Shown: piece after piece, positions 23,783 to 36,000 of the stretch | Position numbering within the stretch: position 1 is the stretch's first letter | Layout of the letters: the number at the start of each line of letters is the position of its first letter | Source of the DNA: Macrostomum lignano | Lineage: Eukaryota | Assembly (NCBI GenBank): GCA_002269645.1 | Contig: NIVC01002378.1 | Span: 62,001-126,000, forward strand | Direction of reading: 5' to 3' | Length of the DNA stretch: 64,000 nucleotides | Notes under the pieces: model-generated | What the model was told of the DNA's origin: nothing | Databases searched by the model: none | The model's input: only the letters and a program-made list of their open reading frames with translations | Position numbers and translations under genes: made by a program

Positions 23783-26700
23783 CAGACACTCACTGTTTCC
23801 ATTGTAGAATAGCCTCATCTTCATCACCACATTGTCGGTCAGCGGGGCGACGGTCTGAGAAGCCATGATAATGGTCCGCAGAAGTCGGATTGTCGCGTCG
23901 CGAATGGCCTCGTGCGACGTGACGCCGGGAGGAGCAGTCTGCTGCTGGCGTTTGCGCTGCTGCTGTTGCTGCAGCTGTTCTTGGCTGCTGCTCAGATCGC
24001 AGCTGGCGAACATGTCCTGCGACATGGCGTCCATTCCGGAACTGCAATGAGCGGATAAGTGCGCATGGGCGACAGGTTTTTCGGCGAATCCTTGTAACAC
24101 AGGCCGCGTGGTTTAATGCCAAGTAAGCTGGGGAGGCTGGCCCAGCAACTGACACTCTGGGAGGCTGGCCCAGCTACTGAGGATCTGGGAGGCTGGCCCA
24201 GCAACTGAGGATCTGGGAGGCTGGCCCAGCAACTGAGGATCTGGGAGGCTGGCCCAGCAACTGAGGATCTGGGAGGCTGGCCCAGCAACTGAGGATCTGG
24301 TAGGCTGGCCCAGTAACTGACACTCTGGGAGGCTGGCCCAGTAACTGACACTCTGGGAGGCTGGCCCAGCAACTGAGGATCTGGGAGGCTGGCCCAGCAA
24401 CTGAGGATCTAGGAGGCTGGCCCAGCTACTGAGGATCTAGGAGGCTGGCCCAGCAACTGAGGATCTGGGAGGCTGGCCCAGCAACTGAGGATCTAGGAGG
24501 CTGGCCCAGCAACTGAGGATCTGGGAGGCTGGCCCAGCAACTGAGGATTTGGGAGGCTGGCCCAGCAACTGAGGATCTGGGAGGCTGGCCCAGCAACTGG
24601 GGATCTGGGAGGCTGGCCCAGCAACTGAGGATCTGGGAGGCTGGCCCAGCAACTGAGGATCTGGGAGGCTGGCCCAGCAACTGAGGATCTGGTAGGCTGG
24701 CCCAGCAACTGGGGATCTGGGAGGCTGGCCCAGCAACTGGGGATCTGGGAGGCTGGCCCAGCAACTGAGGATCTGGTAGGCTGGCCCAGCAACTGAGGAT
24801 CTGGGAGGCTGGCCCAGTAACTGACACTCTGGGAGGCTGGCCCAGCAACTAAGGATCTGGGAGGCTGGCCCAGCAACTGAGGATCTGGGAGGCTGGCCCA
24901 GCAACTGAGGATCTGGGAGGCTGGCCCAGCAACTGAGGATCTGGGAGGCTGGCCCAGCAACTGAGGATCTGGGAGGCTGGCCCAGCAACTGAGGATCTGG
25001 GAGGCTGACTCAGCAACAGAGGGTCTGGGAGGCTGGCCCAGCAACTGAGGGTTCAACTGAATGACGTGACCCATGGTTAGGTGAGGTACAGAGGCGAGGT
25101 TCTAGCGTATCGACAATTTGAAATCTTCCTTTTACGCACCAATCCAGAAGCTCACGAAATCAATAAAAACAACAGCAACAGCAGCGCATGACCCACCTGG
25201 ACGCAGGCACCTCGCGGTGTACATTAACAGAAATTCCGTCCTGACCTCCGTCAATGATAAAGTAGTCGAACTTGAAGTAGTAAGCCTCGACTAGGCTCTG
25301 AAAAATTGTTTATTAAATTCATGAATGATCACACAGGTGGTTACTTAAAAGCAGCCTACGTGTACATTACAAATGAAACATAAAGCCAATAAGAATTATC
25401 TCACCTCCTCCTGAGATCCGCTTTCATTGGTTTTATAGAACTAAAATAACACATTTGAAGAGTACTTGAGTACTTTAAACGTTGCTTTATATGCGTACAT
25501 AGGAGAACTATATTGCTTAAACGTTTCATTATATCTCTACTTACCCCAACCATGGCCTTCTTCAGCTGAAAAATATAATGCAACAGTGTTTTTAGTTGTG
25601 AATAGAAGTAACAAATTGTAGGACAATGGTACTGGTTCTCGTGGGTTTGGAGCCGGATTTTTGCGGGTTTTGGAATTGGATTTTGGTGGGTTTTAGGGGC
25701 GAATTCTAGTGGGTTTTGGAGCGGATTCTAACGGGTTTTTAGGACGGATTATTGTGTGTTTTGGGGAGGATTCTTGTGGAGTTTGGGGGCGGATTCTTGT
25801 GGGTTTTGGGGCGGATTCTTGTGGGTTTTGGAGCGGATTCTAACGGGTTTTTAGGACGGATTATTGTGTGTTTTGGGGCGGATTCTTGTGGGTTTTGGGG
25901 CGGATTCTTGTGGGTTTTGGGGCGGATTCTTGTGGGTTTTGGGGCGGATTTTTGTGGGTTTTGGAGCGGATTCTTGTGTGTTTTGGGGCGGATTCTTGTG
26001 TGTTTTGGGGCGGATTCTTGTGGGTTTTGGAGCGGATTCTTGTGTGTTTTGGGGCGGATTCTTGTGGGTTTCGGAGCGGATTCTTGTGAGTTTGGGGGCG
26101 GATTCTTGTGGGTTTTGGAGCGGATTATTGTGGGTTTCGGAGCGGATTCTTGTGAGTTTGGGGGCGGATTCTTGTGGGTTTTGGAGCGGATTATTGTGTT
26201 TTGGGGCGGATTCTTGTGTGGGTTTTGGAGCGGATTATTGTGTGTTTTGGGGCGGATTCTTGATGGTTTTGGAGCGGATTATTGTGTGTTTTGTGTGTTT
26301 TCGGGGAGCGGATTCTTGTGAGTTTGGGGGCGGATTCTTGTGGGATTCGGGGAGCGGATTCTTGTGAGTTTGGGGGCGGATTCTTGTGGGATTCGGGGAG
26401 CGGATTCTTGTGAGTTTGGGGGCGGATTCTTGTGGGATTCGGGGAGCGGATTCTTGTGAGTTTGGGGGCGGATTCTTGTGGGATTCGGGGAGCGGATTCT
26501 TGTGAGTTTGGGGGCGGATTCTTGTGGGTTTTGGGGCGGATTCTTGTGAGTTTGGGGGCGGATTCTTGTGGGTTTCGGGGAGCGGATTCTTGTGAGTTTG
26601 GGGGCGGATTCTTGTGGGTTTTGGGGCGGATTCTTGTGAGTTTGGGGGCGGATTCTTGTGGGCTTTCAAGGGCGCCAGGGCGGATTCTTGTGGGTGGGTT

Positions 26701-27521
26701 TTGGGAGCGGATTCTCATAGGCCTGGGGACAGATTTTCACAGGTTTTAGGAGGCGACGATCTCATGTTTTTTGGAGACGGTTTTTTATGGTTTTTATGGC
26801 CGTATTTGTGTTGCTTTTTAAGACAATTAACGGCACATAAATTATTTAGGTACAATCCTGGAGATGAGTAAGGGGGTGGTATTGCGTCCGACCCTCATTG
26901 TTCACGGAAATTATGGTTTGTGGTGCAATTCACGTAAATGAGGGCTAAACCACAAGACAGAGAGGGCTTAACGACAATGTGTGTCCCAGCGTACGTATCC
27001 GTGTGTGCTCACAGGGAGACAGCGGAATGGGCCTGACTTATTAAGGGCTTTTTCATTCCAGGAAATTCACGGGAACTGAGGCGCTAGCTAGCTAGCGACA
27101 CAGCAAGCCAGCTCACGTATTTCTTATCCAAAGCGTCGAAGCAGCCCCGGACCCAGTAGCAGACTTTCTCGCAGCCGGGGCAGGGCGAGTCGTCACGGAT
27201 AATTTTCAGCCGGATGCCCTCCAGGTTGCGCTCAATGAAGCCGGCCTCTGGGAAGATGCCGCGCAGGTACAGCACGTTGGACAGGGCAACGGCGAATAGC
27301 TTCTTGACAAAGGTGGCCGACTTCTCCGAGCTGCTGACCTCCGGGAACATCTTCAACCACTGGCGGCGGCGTGGATGGAAGGATTTGGCTTGGGTAGGAC
27401 TGCGTGCCTACACTAGAGATTGCAACTGGGTAAAGGGCAGACAGAGACAGACGGACAGACAGACAGACAATGACCAGACAGACAGACAGACAATGACCAG
27501 ACAGACAGACAGACAATGACC

Positions 27522-27559
<38 letters not shown>

Positions 27560-27628
27560 TGACCAGACAGACAGACAGACAGACAATGACCAGACAGACA
27601 GACAAAAATACAGACCAGACAGACAGGC

Positions 27629-27665
<37 letters not shown>

Positions 27666-27889
27666 CAGACAGACAATGACCAGACAGACAGACAGACAGA
27701 CACAGACAGACAATGACCAGACAGACAGACAGGCAGGCAGACAGACAGACAGACAGGCAGGCAGACAGACAGACAGACAGAGACAAAGACCAGACAGATA
27801 CAGACAGGCAGGCAGGCAGACAGAGACAGTGACAATGTTGTAAAACTTACACTAGTCGCCTTGGATCCACTAGTCACGGCAGTAGGCAT
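21169..27889 (-). CDS. HORMAD1: Meiotic HORMA-domain protein (HORMAD/Hop1) with PHD finger, winged helix and C-terminal closure motif; 10 coding exons, 600 aa
   Basis: Exons 27889-27851, 27359-27117, 25565-25545, 25440-25405, 25297-25197, 24041-23794, 23487-23387, 23281-23271, 22807-22404, 21767-21169; all GT-AG, phases compatible, total 1803 nt. HORMA motifs [54 protein letters not shown] motif CPC...[14 protein letters not shown]...YCEVC. C-terminal [15 protein letters not shown]. Confidence 0.93.
21880..22285. repeat. ~18-bp minisatellite in the last HORMAD intron
   Basis: Unit approximately aaagacacataccggaac. Confidence 0.88.
22898..23045. repeat. (GACA)n microsatellite, intronic
   Basis: Direct observation. 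Confidence 0.95.
23495..23788. repeat. (GATA)n microsatellite filling almost a whole intron
   Basis: Runs between the donor at 23793 and the acceptor at 23488. Confidence 0.97.
24127..25052. repeat. 28-bp minisatellite, intronic, ~33 copies
   Basis: Unit actgaggatctgggaggctggcccagca. Confidence 0.97.
25625..26715. repeat. ~22-bp minisatellite, intronic
   Basis: Unit approximately gcggattcttgtgggttttggg. Confidence 0.95.
27437..27830. repeat. (GACA)n microsatellite with caatgacca interruptions, HORMAD intron 1
   Basis: Direct observation. Confidence 0.95.
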
Positions 27890-28078
27890 TATTGTTAATT
27901 TTTTTCGCTTTTGAAAACAAAATCTAAACTTTCGAAACTTATGCGTATTGTATCACTTCTCTGCTGTTAATATAAGTAGGTCGATAGCGGACCAAGTAGG
28001 CAGAAATTTGGATAGATTATACAATAAATCTGTAGATAAAGTCTTAATAAGTTATCAGGTAAAGTGGCTCGCTTGATG

Positions 28079-28479
28079 AAGAGTAGATAAATAAAGGTAA
28101 ATATCAACATGAAGTATTATTTGAGTTGCCGATGCATTTCGTCCATTTGCATTAGGACATCGTCAGGGTCTTTTTATTGAAGACCCTGATCAGAATTTTT
28201 TAGCTGATTTGTCAATGACCGGACTGGCTTGAAACTGATATGCACTTTACCCAACCAATACTGTATCAAAAATTGATTACTATGTACAAGTTTTAAACCA
28301 TCAATTAAAAACTCAATTCAACTACTCTTGTTACTCTCAACTATCTATATATACTGAATATTCGTTCAAATTGTTTCTCAATAAAAAGACCCTGACGATG
28401 TCCTAATGCAAATGGACGAAATGCATCGGCAACTCAAATAATACTTCATGTTGATATTTACCTTTATTTATCTACTCTT
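28079..28479. mobile_element. Foldback/MITE with ~100-bp near-perfect inverted arms
   Basis: 28079-28180 (aagagtagataaataaagg...gggtctttttattga) is the reverse complement of 28379-28479 apart from one homopolymer base; ~200-bp spacer. Confidence 0.85.
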
Positions 28480-28652
28480 AATAAGTTATTACAGATTAGC
28501 TATGCATAAAAAGTACAAACACAAAAGACATAAATTTAGTAGATCAATGAGGAGCTGCTCCATCAAAATCATCAAAAATGACAGTATGTACTTAATGAAA
28601 GCTACATTAAATCCAATATGCAAAAAAATGCAATTCTATCTAAGCTACGCTA

Positions 28653-30348
28653 CTAATTAGTAGTAGATTTAAATCGTTGAAACGCTGCCAAACCGCCTAG
28701 CAGAGCAGCCTGATGCATAGCTGAGCACAGCCAATACAGAGCTACGCTAGCCGGCGCGTAATAAGCTCCAATGTACAACAGTAAAGCATTGGCACCGGCT
28801 ACCAGGCCAGTGAGAACAGCGGGCGGTATCGAGGGCAGACCGGCTGGCAGTGGAATTGACTGTTTAGGCAGTCCCCGATTCGGCAGCAGGTAGTTGAATA
28901 TATTTAAGGCTACAGTGGCCAATGGCAGGGCGCAGTAGGGATCTGGTAGGCAGAGCCAGGCTGGGTTAATCGGGCTAGGAATGGCGCCGCACAGGGCGCG
29001 GATAGCGGCGCTAGAACAGACGAACACGCCAGCTTGTAGGGCGGCCGAGCTCAAACCGATGACGACCTGTAGGGCTGCGAATTTGGCCGCTAATTGGCGA
29101 AGTTCGACAGATTCGGAGCGCAGCTGTCTGAGGTGGGAGTCCCGTTCGGCGAGGCTCCAGGACCTGCGAGTGTTGGCGATTAAGGATTTGGGATTTAAAA
29201 CTTTCATCTGAACAGGCTCCTGTCAATATAGTATTTGTGTGTGAACATGGTCTGTAATGTAAATCAAGGGTCTTTAATATATGCTTCTGCATATATACTT
29301 GCGTCTGCTATACGAGAAAATAAGCAAATGAGAAATTGTGACAAGGGTCTGTTAAGTACAAACCAAGGAGTGACAAGGGTCTGTAATGTAATTTACCAAG
29401 GAGTGACAAGGGTCTCTTGTGTACAAACCAAGGAGTGACAAGGGTCTGTAATGTAATTTACCAAGGAGTGACAAGGGTCTCTTGTGTACTAACCAAGGAG
29501 TGACAAGGGTCTGGTATGTACTGAATAAGTAGTGACAAATTAGGGTATCTTGTGTACTAACCTAGGAGTGACAAGGGTCTGTAATGTAATTTACCAAGGA
29601 GTGACAAGGGTCTGTAATGTATTCACCAAGGAGTGACAAGGGTCTGTAATGTAATTTACCAAGGAGTGACAAGAGTCTCTTGTGTACTAACCTAGGAGTG
29701 ACAAGGGTCTGGTATGTACTGACCTATGAGAGACAATGGCCTGTTATGTACACATGAATAGAGATAACAGGACACAGATAAACTAAGATTGCATCACCTT
29801 CTTCTAGCCTCGTAAGCGGCCAACAGCGTCAAACGCTGGTCGCATTCCCTAGCTTTCTGTTTCAATTCGTATCGAAACCAAGGCTGCCTAGTCAGAGCTC
29901 TGGCCAGTGCGGGCGGCGCAACAGCTGCCGCAGTGCGTATGGCAACAGTGCCCAGAGCGATGCTGGAGCACCAGGACAGGCCGAGACTGTCCGAGCCGAA
30001 TGAGAAACAGCCGGACAGACAGCGAATATGCCAGTGTTCAGGCGACAGGCAGACTGTCAGCAGGGTGTTCAACCAGCTGGGATCTGATGACAGTAGACGA
30101 CGCTGATGCTGTTGCAGCAGCTGTGACCTGTTGCTGCCAGTAGCAAGCAGCAAGCGCCGGCCTTGGCGGGCAAAGCTATTCAAGCAATTGAGTGACAGAA
30201 ATATTGATTTATTGATGGATTGATCCGAATGAATATCCAAATTGCTAGTATTGAGTTTTGTAGAGTATTGTTTATTATTGAATACTAGACTAAACTTTGT
30301 ATGTAACTGGTAAGCTTCACTTGTGCGTTTTTGTCTTAACAGGGTCAT
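28653..30348 (-). CDS. COX18: COX18-like (Oxa1/YidC family) mitochondrial inner-membrane insertase; two exons, start uncertain
   Basis: Exon 1 ends at 29798 (ag|gtgatg). Exon 2 is 29163-28653 (cactcgcag|G), giving YEARRR-SWSLAERDSHLRQ. LSWCSSIALGTVAIR, LPDPYCALP and PASVALYW match recalled Oxa1/COX18 motifs. The only in-frame ATG is at 30348. Confidence 0.78.
29340..29725. repeat. ~33-35-bp minisatellite in the COX18-like intron
   Basis: Unit approximately ccaaggagtgacaagggtctgtaatgtaattta. Confidence 0.9.
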
Positions 30349-32358
30349 AGGGAATTGCTCTGATGGTTAATGACTCATGGGGAATTGCTCCGATGGTTAA
30401 TGACTCATAGGGAATTGCTCCGATGGTTAATGACTCATGGGGTATTGCTCCGATGGTTAATGACTCATGGGGAATTGCTCCGATGGTTAATTACTCATGG
30501 GGTATTGCTCCGATGGTTAATGAATCATGGGGAATTGCTCCGATGGTTAATGAATCATGGGGTATTGCTCCGATGGTTAATTACTCATAGGGTATTGCTC
30601 CGATGGTTAATGACTCATGGGGAATTGCTCCGATGGTTAATTACTCATGGGGTATTGCTCCGATGGTTAATGACTCATGGGAAATTGCTCCGATGGTTAA
30701 TGAATCATGGGGTATTTCTCCGATGGTTAATGAATCATGGGAAATTGCTCCGATGGTTAATGAATCATGGGGAATTGCTCCGATAGTTAATTACTCGTGG
30801 GGAATTGCTCCAATGGTTAATTACTCATGGGGAATTGCTCCAATGGTTAATTACTCATGGGGAATTGCTCCGATGGTTAATTACTCATGGGGAATTGCTC
30901 CAATGGTTAATGACTCATGGGGAATTGCTCCAATGGTTAATTACTCATGGGGAATTGCTCCGATGGTTAATTAATCATGGGGAATTGCTCCAATGGTTAA
31001 TTACTCATGGGGAATTGCTCCGATGGTTAATTAATCATGGGGAATTGCTCCAATGGTTAATTACTCATAGGGAATTGCTCCGATGGTTAATGACTCATGG
31101 GGAATTGCTCCGATGGTTAATTACTCATGGGGTATTGCTCCATGGTTAATGACTCATGGGGAATTGCTCCGATGGTTAATTACTCATGGGGTATTGCTCC
31201 GATAGTTAATTACTCGTGGGGAATTGCTCCGATGGTTAATTACTCATAGGGTATTGCTCCGATGGTTAATGATTCATGGGGAATTGCTCCGATGGTTAAT
31301 TACTCATGGGGTATTGCTCCGATGGTTAATGAATCATGGGGAATTGCTCCGATGGTTAATGAATCATGGGGTATTGCTCCGATGGTTAATTACTCATGGG
31401 GTATTGCTCCGATGGTTAATGAATCATGGGGAATTGCTCCGATGGTTAATGAATCATGGGGTATTGCTCCGATAGTTAATTACTCGTGGGGAATTGCTCC
31501 GATGGTTAATGGTTCGGGGGGAATTGCTCCGATGGTTAATGGCTCAGGGGAATTGCTCCGATGGTTAATGGCTCAGGGGGAATTGCTCCGATGGTTTATT
31601 GCTCATGGGGAATTGCTCCGATAGTTAATGGCTCATGGGGAATTGCTCCGATGGTTAATGGCTCAGGGGGAATTGCTCCTATGGTTAATGGCTCAGGGGG
31701 AATTGCTCCTATGGTTAATGGCTCAGGGGAATTGCTCCGATGGTTAATGGCTCAGGGGGAATTGCTCCTATGGTTAATGGCTCAGGGGGAATTGCTCCGA
31801 TGGTTAATGGCTCATGGGGAATTGCTCCGATGGTTAATGGCTCAGGGGGAATTGCTCCGATGGTTAATGGCTCAGGGGGAATTGCTCCGATGGTTAATGG
31901 CTCAGGGGGAATTGCTCCGATGGTTAATGGCTCATGGGGTATTGCTCCGATGGTTAATTACTCGTGGGGAATTGCTCCGATGGTTAATGGCTCATGGGGA
32001 ATTGCTCCGATGGTTAATGGCTCATGGGGAATTGCTCCGATGGTTAATGGCTCAGGGGGAATTGCTCCGATGGTTAATGGCTCAGGGGGAATTGCTCCGA
32101 TGGTTAATGGCTCAGGGGGAATTGCTCCGATGGTTAATGGCTCATGGGGTATTGCTCCGATGGTTAATTACTCGTGGGGAATTGCTCCGATGGTTAATGG
32201 CTCATGGGGAATTGCTCCGATGGTTAATTACTCGTGGGGAATTGCTCCGATGGTTAATGGCTCAGGGGGAATTGCTCCGATGGTTAATGGCTCAGGGGGA
32301 ATTGCTCCGATGGTTAATGGCTCATGGGGTATTGCTCCGATGGTTTATTGCTCATGTG
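30349..32358. repeat. 30-bp minisatellite, ~2 kb, with polarized variant gradient
   Basis: Unit ggaattgctccgatggttaatgactcatgg; tgact/ttact/tgaat variants on the left, tggctcaggg variants right of ~31500. Confidence 0.97.
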
Positions 32359-33097
32359 GTAATTGCAAAAGTTACTGTATCTAGCCAACAGAAAATTGAG
32401 ACTAAACAGTAAAAATAAAACTTTGATTGCATAATAAAAAGCTAAGAAGTTGAGCGAATTCCGACCTGTTTCTCGCGCAGACATATATTACAATGTATAA
32501 AGCAATATTTACAATAATAATTAGTTGCTACCAATTAACTACACATAAAATAAAAAGTAAACATCACAAAATTTTGAGCATAGCCGGTACAGACTTATAA
32601 GGTGCAAATTAATAACATCTCTATATGGGTGTTAAGTGATACAAAGCACATTACAGTAATACAGGAATAGAGGTTTATACAATCGAAAAAGATAAACAAA
32701 TATAGTTAGCTAAATGAATGCAAAATTATAGGAATGATTCGTTTTAAATTGTTTAATTTGAGAAAGTTTTAGCAGACAATGCACGCACACATGTGCACAG
32801 AATTACAAGCTAAAAACATTACAAATTTTTTGTGAACTTAGGGAATTCACGGCAAAGCATTTGGATTCGAATGACACTAGCTAGGCCAATCGCTATCTTA
32901 GATGCAACCTAAATAAAAAATTGCCGCTTATAGCCTACTAACTGCTGGGCATATCGTGTGCAAATAACTGCCGAATTTTACGACAAAACCAAGAAAAACC
33001 CTATCTATATACAAAAAAACTCTGACCATAAACTCGGTGCGCTACTTACAGTAGTCAAAGTAGTAGTAAAATACATTTTTATCCTAGGATAAATCTA

Positions 33098-36000
33098 CTA
33101 TGAGAAAACTAGCTTTCTCATCTGCGGCAGAGGATGCCCACTAGCTAGAGGAGTCGATGCGACAGCGGCGGCGTCAGTTGACAGAGTGGCCGAAGGCAAA
33201 GCCAGCTGCTGTCTAGTTCGACTATGCTGAGTAGCCTCGCTCAATACTAGGTCGGTTTGACGTTTCAACTCGGTCACGTGACCATCGATTCGTCGAACAA
33301 CTGACTCCTTAGCGTCTGTAGCGTTCCGACGATCGTCGTAATAGTCTTCGAAGTCGGTATCGTCGCCAATTAGGCTGGACAGCATCCGGTTCTCCGATTC
33401 GGCTCGGTCGGCTCTGGCCTCGGCGGCGGCCAGCCGCTGTAGTAGGCTGCGGCGCTCCGACTGCCAGTCCTGACGCTGCACCTCCAAGCCGCTGGTGGCG
33501 GTGGCGGAGGCGCCGATGCAACGACCGGAGCGGAGTTGAGAGTTCTTTAAGCGAAGCGCTTCTAATTGAGCTGTTACGGCGCCTAGCTCAACCTGGAGTG
33601 TTAAAACAGTTGGTGACGGTGAGGAACAGGTGAGATTGGAGATACATAGATTAAGTGAAACTTGATTGGGTGAGAATAGTGGAAAACACGGAGTGAGAAT
33701 AGAGTGAAGTATGATATTCGAAGAAAAGAATGGGTGGCGATGAGATTGGATCAGGAATAGGTCTGACTGGACGAAGTGTGGATGAGATTAGACCCATTCT
33801 TCCTCATTCAGAATTAGTCCAGCAGGATGAGACTGAACGAAGAAGGGTGAGATTGGACAATAGGTGAGATTGGACAAGGAATGGAATGAGTGGGATTGGA
33901 GCAGGAATGGGTGAGATTGGACAAGGAATGGGTGGGATTGGAGCAGGAATGGGTGGGATTGGAGCAGGAATGGGTGGGATTGGAGCAGGAATGGGTGAGA
34001 TTGGACAAGGAATGGGTGGGATTGGAGCAGGAATGGGTGAGATTGGACAAGGAATGGGTGGGATTGGAGCAGGAATGGGTGAGATTGGAGCAGGAATGGG
34101 TGGGATTGGAGCAGGAATGGGTGGGATTGGAGCAGGAATGGGTGGGATTGGAGCAGGAATGGGTGAGATTGGACAAGGAATGGGTGGGATTGGAGCAGGA
34201 ATGGGTGGGATTGGAGCAGGAATGGGTGGGATTGGAGCAGGAATGGGTGGGATTGGAGCAGGAATGGGTGGGATTGGAGCAGGAATGTGTGGGATTGGAG
34301 CAGGAATGGGTGAGAGCAGCCGCAGACCTGGCATCTTTCAACTTCGTCCGCAGCGGCGGCGGCCCGCCGTTCAGCCGTCGCCAGCCTGTCAACTTGGCAG
34401 TCTCGCTGGGCGGTCACGCCAGAGATTTGAGCCTCCAAGCCGGCCAGCGCCTCCCGCAGTCCGTCAAGCTGGGCCCGGTCGGCGTCTCGTCTGGCCGTGG
34501 AGGCGGCGCGCACCGACTCCAATTCGGCGCCGAGTTCGCGGCATTGGCGCCTTAGCTGGTCGGCCTCGGCCTCGGCGTCGGCGCGGGCGGTGTCGGCCTC
34601 TTCGGCAGTTTGTCGCTCCCGCTGGGCGAGGTCGCGAACTCGCGATCGCAACGAGTCCAATTCGTCGGCTAGTCGACCGAGCTCTGAGCTCGTCAGCTCC
34701 GTCTGGCAGCCGCGATCGCCTCGGCAGATGTCCGGATTGGCCGACACTTTGTCCCAGGCGCTGCTGTGCATTTGACAACGTATTTGAGAAAAACGTTTAC
34801 TTTACTACTGTAAGTAGAGTTTGCTTAATTTTATTGATTAATTTTGTGCGTAAAAATTTCTATTAATGCTGCAAGATACTATACTACTAACAAAAGTACG
34901 CTCTTAGTTAAAATTTATCACAATAACATCGGGATTTTGATAATTTGCACTGAAAAACATTGAAGATACTACTGAGCAACATTCGCAGTCAAATTTCAGT
35001 AGCTTCGATGCGCATGGACCGTCATTTTTGTGTACAATTTTTAGAGTCGAAAATACTAAGAAAGGGCAACCAAAGCGACTCGCAATGCTCAGTTCTAACC
35101 TATGCAATTCGCGAAGTTCGGCCTCCCTGGCCCGCAGCTCCATGGCCAGTCGGGAGGCTTCCACCTCGGCCCGTTGAGTGGACTTGCGCGCCGATTGCAG
35201 CTCCGATTCTAAGCGCTCTTTTTCCTCGGTCAATTCGCAACAAGCGGCCGAGCTTTCGGCTAAGCGAGACTTCAGCTTGGCTGCAGATGAGGACTGCGAA
35301 TGATAGGAATGGGTGGCGGCCCAGCAACTGAGGATCTGGAAGGAAGGCCCAGCTACTGAGGATCTGGGAGGTTGGCCCAGCAATTCTGAGGATCTAGGGA
35401 TCTGGGAGGGTGGCTCAGCAACTGAGGATCTGGGAGGTGGCTCAGCAACTGAGGATCTGGAAGGAAGGCCCAGCTACTGAGGATCTGGAAGGATGGCCCA
35501 GCTACTGAGGATCTGGAAGAAAGGCCCAGCTACTGAGGATCTGGAAGGAAGGCCCAGCTACTGAGGATCTGGGAGGTTGGCCCAGCAATTTTGAGGATCT
35601 AGGGATCTGGGAGGGTGGCTCAGCAACTGAGGATCTGAGAGGCTGGCCCAGTAACTGACACTCTGGGAGGCTGGCCCAGCAACTGACACTCTGGGAGGCT
35701 GGCCCAGTAACTGACACTCTGGGAGGCTGGCCCAGCAACTGAGGATCTGGGAGGCTGGCCCAGCAACTGAGGATCTGAATTCGAGCACCAAATTTCAAAA
35801 CGCGGGAATGTGGTAAGGCAAGGCAATCAGGTCAAGACATAGAAGACCCATTTAATAAGTATAAATATTTACTTGACTTTCAAGCTGATCCTTCGACTTC
35901 TCCAGCTGATGCTCCAGCTGCTCAATCGTCCGCTTCAGGGCGGCCTCAGCCTGCTCAGACAGTCGTTTCCGCTTCTCCAGCTGGTCGGCATAGGCGGCCG

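Noticed and set aside
21169-24100. ORF-track 543-aa and 296-aa proteins taken as single-exon CDS
   Set aside because: They read through repeat-filled introns (VCVFVP, SIYL runs); replaced by the spliced HORMAD model.
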